Virus record (IMG/VR): IMGVR_UViG_3300010882_000010
DNA from: a virus
Lineage: Duplodnaviria > Heunggongvirae > Uroviricota > Caudoviricetes
Strand: one strand, 5' to 3'
Length of the DNA stretch: 64,000 bases
Below are positions 38,471 to 47,631 of the stretch, one piece after another; positions within the stretch are counted from its first letter, which is position 1; every line of letters starts with the position of its first letter. The position numbers and the translations under genes are program-made. The notes under the pieces are model-generated. The model had not been told where the DNA came from. It did no database searches and worked only from the letters and a program-made list of their open reading frames with translations.

Positions 38471-39043
38471 ATGAAACAAAGAATAAGTACTTTAGAAAAT
38501 TACATCAATGAAAATCTTAATACAATGCAAAGAAGAGATATTGATGGATTTACAAAACCAGAACGTGAATGGATCTGGAAAACTTTAGGTATGCAAAATG
38601 GGTCAGATGTTTATCAAGTTCATTCAATGGAAGGAGTTAATAAAGCAGTAGCAAAAAGGGGTCAAGAAAATCCGGATTTTACAAAAGTAACAAAAAATCT
38701 AGGCAAGAAACTTGAAGGACCTATTAATTTTGGAGGACCAACAAGCCACAGAAATTGGTTTGTATATCAAGGAGAAAATTCTCCTGTGATTTCTATGGAA
38801 TCGGAAAATAATCAAGGTAATCAAGTCACTTATTTTTATTTTATGGATGCAGATGCTATTAATGAAAGTAAAATTATTGAATATTCTGTAATAAATCTTA
38901 ATGAAAAATTTGATATTAAAAAATTAGAATGGAAAAATTTTGATTATGAATTAGGTGAATTTTTATCAGATTATTTAGATACTATGAAATTAAAAGATAT
39001 AGCAGATGCTTTAAGATATGCAGCAGATAATTTAGATGAATAA
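38471..39043 (+). CDS. Putative internal head protein 10
   Basis: Leader MKQRISTLENYINE. Confidence 0.65.
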   Translation: MKQRISTLENYINENLNTMQRRDIDGFTKPEREWIWKTLGMQNGSDVYQVHSMEGVNKAVAKRGQENPDFTKVTKNLGKKLEGPINFGGPTSHRNWFVYQGENSPVISMESENNQGNQVTYFYFMDADAINESKIIEYSVINLNEKFDIKKLEWKNFDYELGEFLSDYLDTMKLKDIADALRYAADNLDE

Positions 39044-39061
39044 AAATATTAAAAAAATAAT

Positions 39062-39544
39062 ATGAAACAAAGGATACTAAATTTAGAAGAGTTTATTATG
39101 GAAGGAAACTTAAATGAAGCACAAGCAATAAGAATTTCCGGTTTTACAATTCTTTCAAAAGTATATCAAACAATGAAAGATGGATTACCATTTAAAGTTG
39201 TTATTAATGGAATACAATGTGCTGGATATTTAAATCCCATGTATTCTTATACTGGTGATGGCTTAGACTGTGATGAACTTATTATTGGTGTAGAACATCC
39301 AAGTGATTGGAGAAAAGGAGATAGAGTACTAATTACACAAGCAGGTGGAGGACATCGTCATTATGCAATCCATTTTGGAGCATTACCTGAAAAAGAAAAA
39401 CAACCAAAAAGTTTAAGATTTACTGGTGCTTATTTAGAAACAAAACACTTAGGCGAAGAATTTAAAAGACAATTAACAGATATTGTTATTAATCATCCAG
39501 ATTGGTTAACAGATAAATTTAAAGATAAATTTGGATTAAAATAG
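39062..39544 (+). CDS. Putative internal head protein 11
   Basis: Leader MKQRILNLEEFIME. Confidence 0.65.
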   Translation: MKQRILNLEEFIMEGNLNEAQAIRISGFTILSKVYQTMKDGLPFKVVINGIQCAGYLNPMYSYTGDGLDCDELIIGVEHPSDWRKGDRVLITQAGGGHRHYAIHFGALPEKEKQPKSLRFTGAYLETKHLGEEFKRQLTDIVINHPDWLTDKFKDKFGLK

Positions 39545-39571
39545 TTTTCTAGAGAAAACAAAAAAACACTT

Positions 39572-40288
39572 ATGAAACAGAGAATTTTAACATTCGAACA
39601 ATTTATTACAGAATCAAAATTAAATGAAAATGGACCTTTTAAACAACCATTAGAACAAATTTTTGGTTCTTTAATTAAAGGTTGGTATTATGATAGAAAT
39701 ATTGACGGTTTTTCAGAAGGTATGGATATTGCAGGAATTCCTGTTACTTTCTTTTTAAGACATCCAGATGAAATTGATGAAATTCCCGATTTTACTTTAG
39801 TAATTGAAGTAGGAGATGATGGTGAAAGTGGTGTTGCAATTTTAGAAGGTGAAAAAGAAATTAAGAAATTTTTAAAAGATGAATTATCAAAATTACAAAA
39901 AGCTACAAGTCCTAAAGAAATGGATAAAATAATTATTAAAGCAGGGTTTGAGTTAGTAGAAAGTCATATTGCATATCCAAAGGGTAAAAAAGTAAATGAA
40001 GCTGCTAGAAATCCATATCAAGATTTTATTAATTATTTTAAACAAGCAATTGCCGGAGCTGGTAAAGAAAATCATTATAAAATTAAAGATGCTTTATCTT
40101 GGTTTATTAAATCTAATTTTGATAAAAATGAGTTTGTAAGTGAAATGGACTGGAGATCAAATTATGGAAATAGTAAAGGATATGCACAATATCTTAAAGC
40201 AAAACATGTACTAAATGATAATGGATTACATGGTGAACCTGTACCACATGATGAAATGTTAAAAATTGTAAATAATCTTTTAGGATAA
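39572..40288 (+). CDS. Putative internal head protein 12
   Basis: Leader MKQRILTFEQFITE. Confidence 0.65.
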   Translation: MKQRILTFEQFITESKLNENGPFKQPLEQIFGSLIKGWYYDRNIDGFSEGMDIAGIPVTFFLRHPDEIDEIPDFTLVIEVGDDGESGVAILEGEKEIKKFLKDELSKLQKATSPKEMDKIIIKAGFELVESHIAYPKGKKVNEAARNPYQDFINYFKQAIAGAGKENHYKIKDALSWFIKSNFDKNEFVSEMDWRSNYGNSKGYAQYLKAKHVLNDNGLHGEPVPHDEMLKIVNNLLG

Positions 40289-40305
40289 TAAAATTAAGTT
40301 AAAAT

Positions 40306-40764
40306 ATGAAAAGAATTATTTCATTTAAAGATTTCATAAATGAAAATAAAGGTTTTCTTAATGAAGGAAAATTTTATAATTTAGATTATGATATTAAAAA
40401 TTTTATAAAAGATAATCCAGATTTTAATGCAAAATCTTATATTGAATTAAATGCACATAATACAAGTATTTCTATTCGTAAACAATATTATTATCTTGAA
40501 GGTATTGCAGATACAATAATTTATCAAAGTGGTTTAGGAAGAAATGTTAAATATGAATCTATTGGAAACGGAAATCCCAAAATTATTTTTAATGTAAGAT
40601 TAGATGAAGATAGAGTTAAAGACGGATTGGAATCATTAGTTGGATATTTTGGAAGTGATAAAAGAACAGGTGCTCATTATTCAGAAATTGAAGAAAATGA
40701 AAAGGAGGAAACAATAGTTAGTGCCGAAAATGATTATGGTGATATTTCTAGCCGATTATTATAA
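40306..40764 (+). CDS. Putative internal head protein 13
   Basis: Leader MKRIISFKDFINE. Confidence 0.65.
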   Translation: MKRIISFKDFINENKGFLNEGKFYNLDYDIKNFIKDNPDFNAKSYIELNAHNTSISIRKQYYYLEGIADTIIYQSGLGRNVKYESIGNGNPKIIFNVRLDEDRVKDGLESLVGYFGSDKRTGAHYSEIEENEKEETIVSAENDYGDISSRLL

Positions 40765-40778
40765 AAAGATAAACTATT

Positions 40779-40961
40779 ATGAATTATTGTGAATATTGCG
40801 GAAAAGAAGTAAAAGGAAATAAACGGTTTTGTTCTAAAAAATGTGCACAAGCTGTAAACGAAGAAAAATATGAACTTTATAATCATTTTGTAGACCAAGA
40901 GAATGGACAAGATAATTCATATTTAGATTATATTGATACAGGAATTTCAATTTATGGATAA
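40779..40961 (+). CDS. Small zinc-ribbon protein (no leader)
   Basis: YCEYCGKEV...FCSKKC. Confidence 0.65.
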   Translation: MNYCEYCGKEVKGNKRFCSKKCAQAVNEEKYELYNHFVDQENGQDNSYLDYIDTGISIYG

Positions 40962-40975
40962 AAATAAAAAATATA

Positions 40976-41359
40976 ATGAGTAGGATTAAATCATTTGAGG
41001 AATTTATAAACGAAAGCACAGTTTTTGAGTTGGGAAAAGCTTATGAGAAAATTAGAGTAAGTGAATTTCCAATTGAGCCAAGAAAGTTTATTAAAGATCA
41101 TTTTAGAAAAAATATAATTGAAGTTTATAAAGTAGATAATAATCTCAAAAGTGACTATAATGAACTTTTAAGTATAAGAACATATGGTAAACTTATTGAT
41201 GAAGTTTCTTTTAATGATGATGGCGCAATAATGTATTTCAAAGCATATTTATTTAAATTAACGGGAGAAAAATTGTTATTTATTAATTATCAAGCACAAG
41301 GCGTAAAAAATTCTTATCATTGTGCACTTTTAGAAAATAAAGAATTACAATATATCTAA
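40976..41359 (+). CDS. Putative internal head protein 14
   Basis: Leader MSRIKSFEEFINE. Confidence 0.65.
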   Translation: MSRIKSFEEFINESTVFELGKAYEKIRVSEFPIEPRKFIKDHFRKNIIEVYKVDNNLKSDYNELLSIRTYGKLIDEVSFNDDGAIMYFKAYLFKLTGEKLLFINYQAQGVKNSYHCALLENKELQYI

Positions 41360-41375
41360 TATGAAAATTTCAATT

Positions 41376-41383
41376 TATAAATA
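41376..41383 (+). promoter_or_regulatory. T4-type late promoter TATAAATA
   Basis: Exact T4 gp55 consensus, intergenic, upstream of 41418. Confidence 0.45.
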
Positions 41384-41417
41384 AAATATAGTTTTCTTTA
41401 AGAAACAAAAAAAACTT

Positions 41418-42245
41418 ATGAAACAAAGAATTTCAAATTTAAATAATTTTATTAATGAAAATAGATTTGGTGCTGGTATAAATACATATCTTAATTTAAA
41501 AGATGGACGCAAAAATCAATTTTTTACAAAACACTATAAAAATTGGAATGATAGTGATAAAAATGTAATTTTTATTATAGAAGATCCAAATAAATCAAAT
41601 TCTTATAGTGTGATGTCAGCTACTTATAGTAGTTATGATAATCCAGCTCATTGGGAATCTTATAATACACCAAAAGATGGTATGAGTTTACGAGAAGCAG
41701 AAAACGTTGCAAAAGAATTAGCTGATGTAAATTCTCAAATTCATCAAAAATATTATTATTTTAAATATCATAAAAATGATAATTCAATTTATGAATATAT
41801 TGGGGTTTTAGATAATAAAGAATTAAAAAGTATTTCCGAAAATAAAGATTTTATACAAGAATCAAAATATGATTTTTTATCTCAAGATTTTGGTATTGAT
41901 TTTAAAATTGATGAAGTTATTAAATCAATCGAAAGATTTTTAACTAAATATAATATTTCTTCTGAATTTTTACAATTAACTAAGACATCTACAGAATATA
42001 TTGAATTATTGGGTCATTCAGAATTATTTACAGGATTAAGTAGTTTATATCAAAAAATATTATTAAAATTTGATAGATATTTAACACATATTTATGAATA
42101 TAAATTATGGGTTTCTAAAGATCCTAAAGGTAATAGTGGTCCTATTTATGAAAAAGAAATTCAAAAAGGTATTAAGTATTTTTTAGGAGGAGGAATGGAA
42201 GAAGAATTACAAAAATTTAGAAATTCTGTTAGTAAAGTTTCTTAA
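41418..42245 (+). CDS. Putative internal head protein 15
   Basis: Leader MKQRISNLNNFINE. Confidence 0.65.
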   Translation: MKQRISNLNNFINENRFGAGINTYLNLKDGRKNQFFTKHYKNWNDSDKNVIFIIEDPNKSNSYSVMSATYSSYDNPAHWESYNTPKDGMSLREAENVAKELADVNSQIHQKYYYFKYHKNDNSIYEYIGVLDNKELKSISENKDFIQESKYDFLSQDFGIDFKIDEVIKSIERFLTKYNISSEFLQLTKTSTEYIELLGHSELFTGLSSLYQKILLKFDRYLTHIYEYKLWVSKDPKGNSGPIYEKEIQKGIKYFLGGGMEEELQKFRNSVSKVS

Positions 42246-42257
42246 AAATTTTAGGAA

Positions 42258-42265
42258 TAAATAGT
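42258..42265 (+). promoter_or_regulatory. Putative late promoter (TAAATAGT)
   Basis: Immediately upstream of the protease-scaffold and capsid operon. Confidence 0.5.
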
Positions 42266-42282
42266 AAAAATAATAGTAACAC

Positions 42283-44361
42283 ATGAAAAACGAAAAAGTA
42301 GTTTTAATTTGTGAAAGTACTGGTACAAATTTGGATGTAGTTGATAAAAATAATTATCGGCTAGAGGGGATATTTGCGGTTTTTGATAAGGAAAATAATA
42401 ATCATAGAATTTATGAGTGGAATGAATATAAACCACATATGAATTATCTTCAAGATCAAATTAAGAAGAATAAATTAGTTGGTGAGTTAGATCATCCTGA
42501 TAAATTTGATATTTCTCTTCAAAATGTTTCTCATATTGTAGAGAAGCTTTGGTATGATGAAAAAGAAAATGTTCTTAAAGGACAAATTCGTCTTTTAGAT
42601 ACTGATCCAAATGGTATGAATGCAAGAAAACTTTTAGATGCGGGATTTCCATTAGGTATTTCTTCTCGTGCGGCAGGTACTGTTCAAGAAAATAAAAAAG
42701 TTCGTCTTAACAAAGTTTTTACTTATGATTTAGTTTGTTCAACAGGTTTTCAAGGTGCTGATTTAGAACGTATTACAGAATCTGTAGGGTTTAATCCTGA
42801 AGATTATTCTAAAGAACCTACTTTAACTTTATTAAATGAATCATTAGGTATTGACAATAATAATATTAAAGTTTATGATGTAACAGACCAATATCCAGAA
42901 TATCTTACCGGAAGTGAAATTATTGATCAAATAGGTATTGAAAGTTATATTAAACAATATATTGTTGGCGAAAGAGGAAAGGATAGAATTAAAAATGAAT
43001 CTGAAATATATAATAAAAATAATGCAAAAAATATGAAAGATACTAGTAATTTTGTTTCTATTGATGAAATGCACAAGTATTCATTACATGTAAAAGAAGA
43101 AGTTAGTCGTATTGATAAAACGTTACAAAGTATTTCTGAAAGTATTTCTAAAATAGTTACAGGTGATGATACATCTAAAGACGAAAAAATTCTTGCTTTA
43201 GAAAAAGAGATTTCTAAATTAAGAAAAGATTCTTTAGATTTATCTGAAAAAATGTCTACTGTTTACAAATGGTCTGAGGAAATTTCTAAAGATCATAATT
43301 ATCTTGTAGAGTATACTGAAAAAATTGCGGAAGACCATAATCATTTGGTAAACTATGCAGAAAAAATTGCAGAAGATCACAATTACCTTACTAATTATAC
43401 TGAAAAGATTGCTGAAGATCATAATTACCTTGCAAATTATGCAGAGAAAATTGCAGAGGATCATAATTATGTAGCAAGTTATGTTGATGATAAAATTAGA
43501 CCACTTCTTGAAAATACAATAAATTATGCTGAAATGGTTGCTGAAAAAGCTAATATTGGTATGAATTATGTTGAGGATGTAATTGTAAATGAATTACACA
43601 AAACACAAGAGTATGTGAATGATGTATTGGTGGAAAAACTTAATGTTCTTTGGAATTATAGTGAATATCTTGGAGAAAAAGCAAATGAAGTAACTTCTTA
43701 TGCTGAATATCTTGGAGAAAATGCAGCAACAAAAGAAGATTTAGAATCAGTGATTGGTTACACAGAATTAGTAGCTGAATCTGTTAAATCTTTAAAAGTT
43801 AATGAATCAAAGAATACTACAATAAATGAAAATGCAACAGTTAATAGATACACAAGCCTAAATGAGAAAATAGACAATCTTCTCCATTCGATTAAAACAG
43901 AAAAGATCAATGAAAACAAATTTTTAGGTAATCTAACAAATGAACAACAAAAAAGATTTATCAATTTTACAGACGTACAAAAAGAACAGTTCGAAAAATC
44001 GTTAAATCCGGCAATGAATCAAGAACAGATTCAAATGATGTTTGAGTCAATTTCGACTCCTAAAATTCTTTCTAATGAAGAAAGATGGCTTGCAGCAATG
44101 CCAGAGAATGTTAAACCTCTTTGGGAAAGTGTAACTCCTGAATTAAAAGAAAGAATTTTTAGAAACGCACAATTGTACAATTTTAACAATGATTATGCGG
44201 TAAAACACTATTGGAACTCTAAAATTAGTTTACTTGGCGGACAAAATGATACTACTTTGATAAAAGAAAGTACTCAAAATGAATTAGAAGATGAAAAAGT
44301 TAAAACTCTTGGATATGGTTCAGACTATATCAAATCTATCTTCGAAAAAATGGGTAACTAA
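42283..44361 (+). CDS. gp21: Prohead core protease (gp21-like) fused to scaffold (gp22-like)
   Basis: LEGIFA...N.NHRIY, LVGELDHP, VSH, GISSRAAG, YDLV; C-terminal coiled coil with repeats; precedes the capsid gene. Confidence 0.85.
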   Translation: MKNEKVVLICESTGTNLDVVDKNNYRLEGIFAVFDKENNNHRIYEWNEYKPHMNYLQDQIKKNKLVGELDHPDKFDISLQNVSHIVEKLWYDEKENVLKGQIRLLDTDPNGMNARKLLDAGFPLGISSRAAGTVQENKKVRLNKVFTYDLVCSTGFQGADLERITESVGFNPEDYSKEPTLTLLNESLGIDNNNIKVYDVTDQYPEYLTGSEIIDQIGIESYIKQYIVGERGKDRIKNESEIYNKNNAKNMKDTSNFVSIDEMHKYSLHVKEEVSRIDKTLQSISESISKIVTGDDTSKDEKILALEKEISKLRKDSLDLSEKMSTVYKWSEEISKDHNYLVEYTEKIAEDHNHLVNYAEKIAEDHNYLTNYTEKIAEDHNYLANYAEKIAEDHNYVASYVDDKIRPLLENTINYAEMVAEKANIGMNYVEDVIVNELHKTQEYVNDVLVEKLNVLWNYSEYLGEKANEVTSYAEYLGENAATKEDLESVIGYTELVAESVKSLKVNESKNTTINENATVNRYTSLNEKIDNLLHSIKTEKINENKFLGNLTNEQQKRFINFTDVQKEQFEKSLNPAMNQEQIQMMFESISTPKILSNEERWLAAMPENVKPLWESVTPELKERIFRNAQLYNFNNDYAVKHYWNSKISLLGGQNDTTLIKESTQNELEDEKVKTLGYGSDYIKSIFEKMGN
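43276..43485 (+). repeat. Five tandem 42 bp / 14 aa repeats in the scaffold region
   Basis: EEISKDHNYLVEYT, EKIAEDHNHLVNYA, EKIAEDHNYLTNYT, EKIAEDHNYLANYA, EKIAEDHNYVASYV. Confidence 0.9.
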
Positions 44362-44405
44362 AAATTAAAACGTTAAAGCGTTAAAAAATTAAAAAGATAA
44401 TTAAA

Positions 44406-46178
44406 ATGAAATTATTAAACGAAAAACAAATCTTTGAAGAATGGTCACCAATGATCATGGAAAAAGCTGGTGTAGAAGACAAAGGTAAATTACAATGGTT
44501 GTCAAAATATTGTCATTTTCATGCGTTAAATGAAAGTTCTTTTATTCCTAATATGCCAAGTTGGCCACTTGCTAGCTTGCAAAACACTCCAGGTATGGGT
44601 AATGTTCGCACTGGTACGATTGCTGGTGGAGCAAACAACTTCTACAATGGAACAACAGGTTCTGGTGATAAATTCCCAAGCCTACTTCCTCTTGCTATTC
44701 AAGTAGGCGCAAGAACAGTAGGTTTTGATATTGTGCCGGTTATCCCAATGAACGGTCCTAGCGGAGTTCTTACTTACTTAGACTATGTTTATGCTGGTGG
44801 TAAAAACAATCCGTCAATCTCTCAAGATGCTGAATTAGAATATCCTGCAGATGAACTTCAAGAAATGCCAACTGTTATTAAAGCTGATATTACACTTCCT
44901 ACTGGTGAATTTTTCGAAATTGGAAAACTTTACAATGCTGGTGATTTGGATATGATCTATGTTGGTAAATCACGTGTAGATGGTTTCTCTATTTTCAGAA
45001 TTTTAAAAGAAGGTGAAAAATACAGAACTACTGCAAGTAAAGCTTTACAAACTTCTGCAACTGTTGCAGGTGTTACTATTGCTGATGTTTTTGGTATTGG
45101 ATCAACAGAAGAACTTGAAACAAGTAAAAAAGATGCAACTGGTGCAATTGTAGCTGGTAGTGATGTTGTTATTGGTAACTCAAAACCGTCATTAGTTAAA
45201 GCTCTTGAAGATCACATTCAAGGTTTTGCTGGTTCTGGTGCTTTTGATAGTGATGATTGGACAGGTAACTTTGTAAACGGTAAGATGATTGCTGAACCTA
45301 TGCGTAGAGGTATTGGAGAACAAACTCCATTCAGAACTATGGGTCTTCAAGCTTTCACAAAATATGTTGAAGCTGGTACTTTTCAAGTTGCTGCTACTGT
45401 AACTACAGAACAAATCCAAGACTTGAATCGTCAATTTGGTATTGATGTTGTAGGTATGGTTGAAAACTCACTTACTAATGAAATTTCACAACACATCAAT
45501 AAACACATCTTGAGTCGTGCTTTTGCTCTTGGTTGGTCAAACCATAAACAATTCTCAATTGTTGAAGGTCAATCTTTGAACATGACTGCAGTTCCTGGTG
45601 TGGCTTCTGTTGTTGTACGTCATGTAGGTAAAGATAATAGTATGCAAGATATGACAGTTGCAGGCTTTGTTGACTATGCAGCTGGTGGTCCTGGTGCTTC
45701 TTTCGAAAATCAATGGACAATTCAAAGACGTGTATTCTCTAAAATCCTTGCTGCCGGTAATATTATCGCACAAAGAGGACGTAGAGGACCTGCTAACTTT
45801 ATTGTAACTAACTTGCAAATTGCAACAGTATTACAAGATAGTGCACAATTTACTTTTGCTCCTATGGCTAATACTATCAACCAAAATAACGGATCTTTAT
45901 TCCCAGTAGGTGCTATTGCAGGTATTACTGTTTATGTTGATCCTAATATGGCTTGGGACGATAATAGAGTACTTGTAGGACGTAAAGGTGCTGATGAAGA
46001 ACCGGGTTTAAAATTCATGCCTTACTTACTTGCTGAAAGTATCCAAACTATTGCTGAAGGAACTATGGCTCCTAAAATTGCAGTAAAATCGCGTTATGCT
46101 CTTGTAGAAGCAGGTTTCCATCCTGAAACTCAATACTTGACTTTCTGGGTTGAAACAGGTGGTATCTCAATTGTGTAG
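44406..46178 (+). CDS. gp23: Major capsid protein (T4 gp23-like)
   Basis: VVPVIPMNGPSG.L.YL, EISQHINKHIL, GRRGPANFIV, ITVYVDP, GLKFMPY, KSRYAL; follows the protease. Confidence 0.9.
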   Translation: MKLLNEKQIFEEWSPMIMEKAGVEDKGKLQWLSKYCHFHALNESSFIPNMPSWPLASLQNTPGMGNVRTGTIAGGANNFYNGTTGSGDKFPSLLPLAIQVGARTVGFDIVPVIPMNGPSGVLTYLDYVYAGGKNNPSISQDAELEYPADELQEMPTVIKADITLPTGEFFEIGKLYNAGDLDMIYVGKSRVDGFSIFRILKEGEKYRTTASKALQTSATVAGVTIADVFGIGSTEELETSKKDATGAIVAGSDVVIGNSKPSLVKALEDHIQGFAGSGAFDSDDWTGNFVNGKMIAEPMRRGIGEQTPFRTMGLQAFTKYVEAGTFQVAATVTTEQIQDLNRQFGIDVVGMVENSLTNEISQHINKHILSRAFALGWSNHKQFSIVEGQSLNMTAVPGVASVVVRHVGKDNSMQDMTVAGFVDYAAGGPGASFENQWTIQRRVFSKILAAGNIIAQRGRRGPANFIVTNLQIATVLQDSAQFTFAPMANTINQNNGSLFPVGAIAGITVYVDPNMAWDDNRVLVGRKGADEEPGLKFMPYLLAESIQTIAEGTMAPKIAVKSRYALVEAGFHPETQYLTFWVETGGISIV

Positions 46179-46198
46179 TCTAAAACTACTAAATAATG

Positions 46199-46231
46199 AA
46201 ATGGTCTTCTAAATGGAGATCATTTTTCTTT
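46199..46231 (+). terminator. Rho-independent terminator after the capsid gene
   Basis: AAATGGTCTTC-TAAAT-GGAGATCATTT followed by a T tract. Confidence 0.7.
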
Positions 46232-46338
46232 TTAAAGAGATTTGAAAACTTTTCTAAAACTTTAAAATTAATTTGTATAAAAATTAAGTTAGAATAATAT
46301 TTGAATAAATATAAAAAGATTAAAATAATTAGCATAAA

Positions 46339-47298
46339 ATGCCTAACAAAAAAATTGATATTGAAGCTGCCGCAAAAGCTGAAATAGAAAAATTAGAAAA
46401 TTCAGATGTAGAACAAGTTCAAAGTTTGGGTAATATTAAAGATATTAAATCTGACTTTTCTGCAAAAAATCAAGTTGAAGAAGTTAATTTTGCAAATGAA
46501 ATTGGTTGGAAAACAATTGATCTTCAAACTTTACCAACACAAGGAATGTTTTATCCTATTGGAACAAAAATGGCAATACGAGCTGCAACAGTTGGAGAAA
46601 TTAGACATTGGTCTACTATGGATGAATCTGATATTAATTCAATTGAAAATGCTTTAAATCTTGTTATTGAAAAGTGTTTACAAATTGTAATACCTGGAAA
46701 AAGAGCATTCCATAAAGATCTTAAAGAAATTGATCGTCTTTACTTAATTTTTGCAATTCGCGAATTAACATTCAAAAATGGAGAAAACAAATTAATGACA
46801 GATGTTAAAAATTCATCTGGAAGTTCACACAAAATTGAAATTACTAAAGATGTGATTTCTTACTTTAAACCGGATCAAAAATTGTTAAAATTTTATTCTG
46901 AAGTAGAACGCTGCTTTATTTTTCCATTAAAGTCAGGTGAAATGTTTAAGATGTATCTTCCATCTCTTGGTATTACTTCATTTTTGAAAAATTATCGTTT
47001 GAAAAAACAACAAGAAGGTAAACAATTAGATGAAGATTTTGAAAAATTTGCAATTTTCATGTTTGAAGATTGGAGAATTTTAAATGATTCAGTTTATGAA
47101 AATAAACACCAAGAATCATACAATTGGAGCATTGAAAAACTTTCAGTATTTTCAAATGTGGTAGATTTGTTCAAAGGTAGTGTACAACCTGGTATTACTA
47201 CAATGATAGAGGGGGAAGAGGTTAGCGCCTCATTAAACTTTCCAGGAGGAATCAAAAGTCTTTTCGTTATTCCAGATGTCTTGGATCAACTTATCTAA
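46339..47298 (+). CDS. Baseplate hub assembly / tail chaperone (gp26-like)
   Basis: LPTQGMFYP...IRAATVGE, LKEIDRLYLIFAIR; paired with a gp51-like ORF. Confidence 0.6.
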   Translation: MPNKKIDIEAAAKAEIEKLENSDVEQVQSLGNIKDIKSDFSAKNQVEEVNFANEIGWKTIDLQTLPTQGMFYPIGTKMAIRAATVGEIRHWSTMDESDINSIENALNLVIEKCLQIVIPGKRAFHKDLKEIDRLYLIFAIRELTFKNGENKLMTDVKNSSGSSHKIEITKDVISYFKPDQKLLKFYSEVERCFIFPLKSGEMFKMYLPSLGITSFLKNYRLKKQQEGKQLDEDFEKFAIFMFEDWRILNDSVYENKHQESYNWSIEKLSVFSNVVDLFKGSVQPGITTMIEGEEVSASLNFPGGIKSLFVIPDVLDQLI

Positions 47299-47557
47299 AG
47301 TTGAATTTCAACTTCTTAAACATGCAAAATTACAACCTACTGCATATATTGAGACTTGGCCATTTTACCGATATGAGTATTTAATGGAGCATCTTAAAGA
47401 ATGGAATGAGGCTGAAGAAAAACGTCAAAAAGAGGAAGAAAAGAAACAAAAAGGAGAAAGTTTTGATATGAAGAAAATGGCTAAAGATATGAATGTGTTT
47501 AAAGGTCATGGACAACAAGGATTTTCACAACCCAAACTACCAAATTACAAATTGTAA
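47276..47557 (+). CDS. gp51-like baseplate hub assembly chaperone
   Basis: EFQLLKHAKL..IETWPFYRYEYLMEHLKEWNE. Confidence 0.55.
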   Translation: MSWINLSKVEFQLLKHAKLQPTAYIETWPFYRYEYLMEHLKEWNEAEEKRQKEEEKKQKGESFDMKKMAKDMNVFKGHGQQGFSQPKLPNYKL

Positions 47558-47561
47558 AATT

Positions 47562-47590
47562 AAAGAGGATTTAAAGTCCTCTTTTTCTTT
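47562..47590 (+). terminator. Rho-independent terminator
   Basis: AAAGAGGAT-TTAAA-GTCCTCTTT followed by a T tract. Confidence 0.75.
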
Positions 47591-47600
47591 TTAAATAAAA

Positions 47601-47630
47601 AAACTTTACATTTTTTTAGTGTTTAAATAA
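47601..47630 (+). promoter_or_regulatory. Class II putative promoter
   Basis: AAACTTTAC-N9-GTGTTTAAATAA. Confidence 0.4.
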
Positions 47631-47631
47631 A

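Noticed and set aside
47230-47300. Programmed -1 frameshift joining the gp26-like and gp51-like ORFs (lambda G/GT style)
   Set aside because: The second ORF is in the +1 frame, has its own ATG, and no XXXYYYZ slippery site was evident
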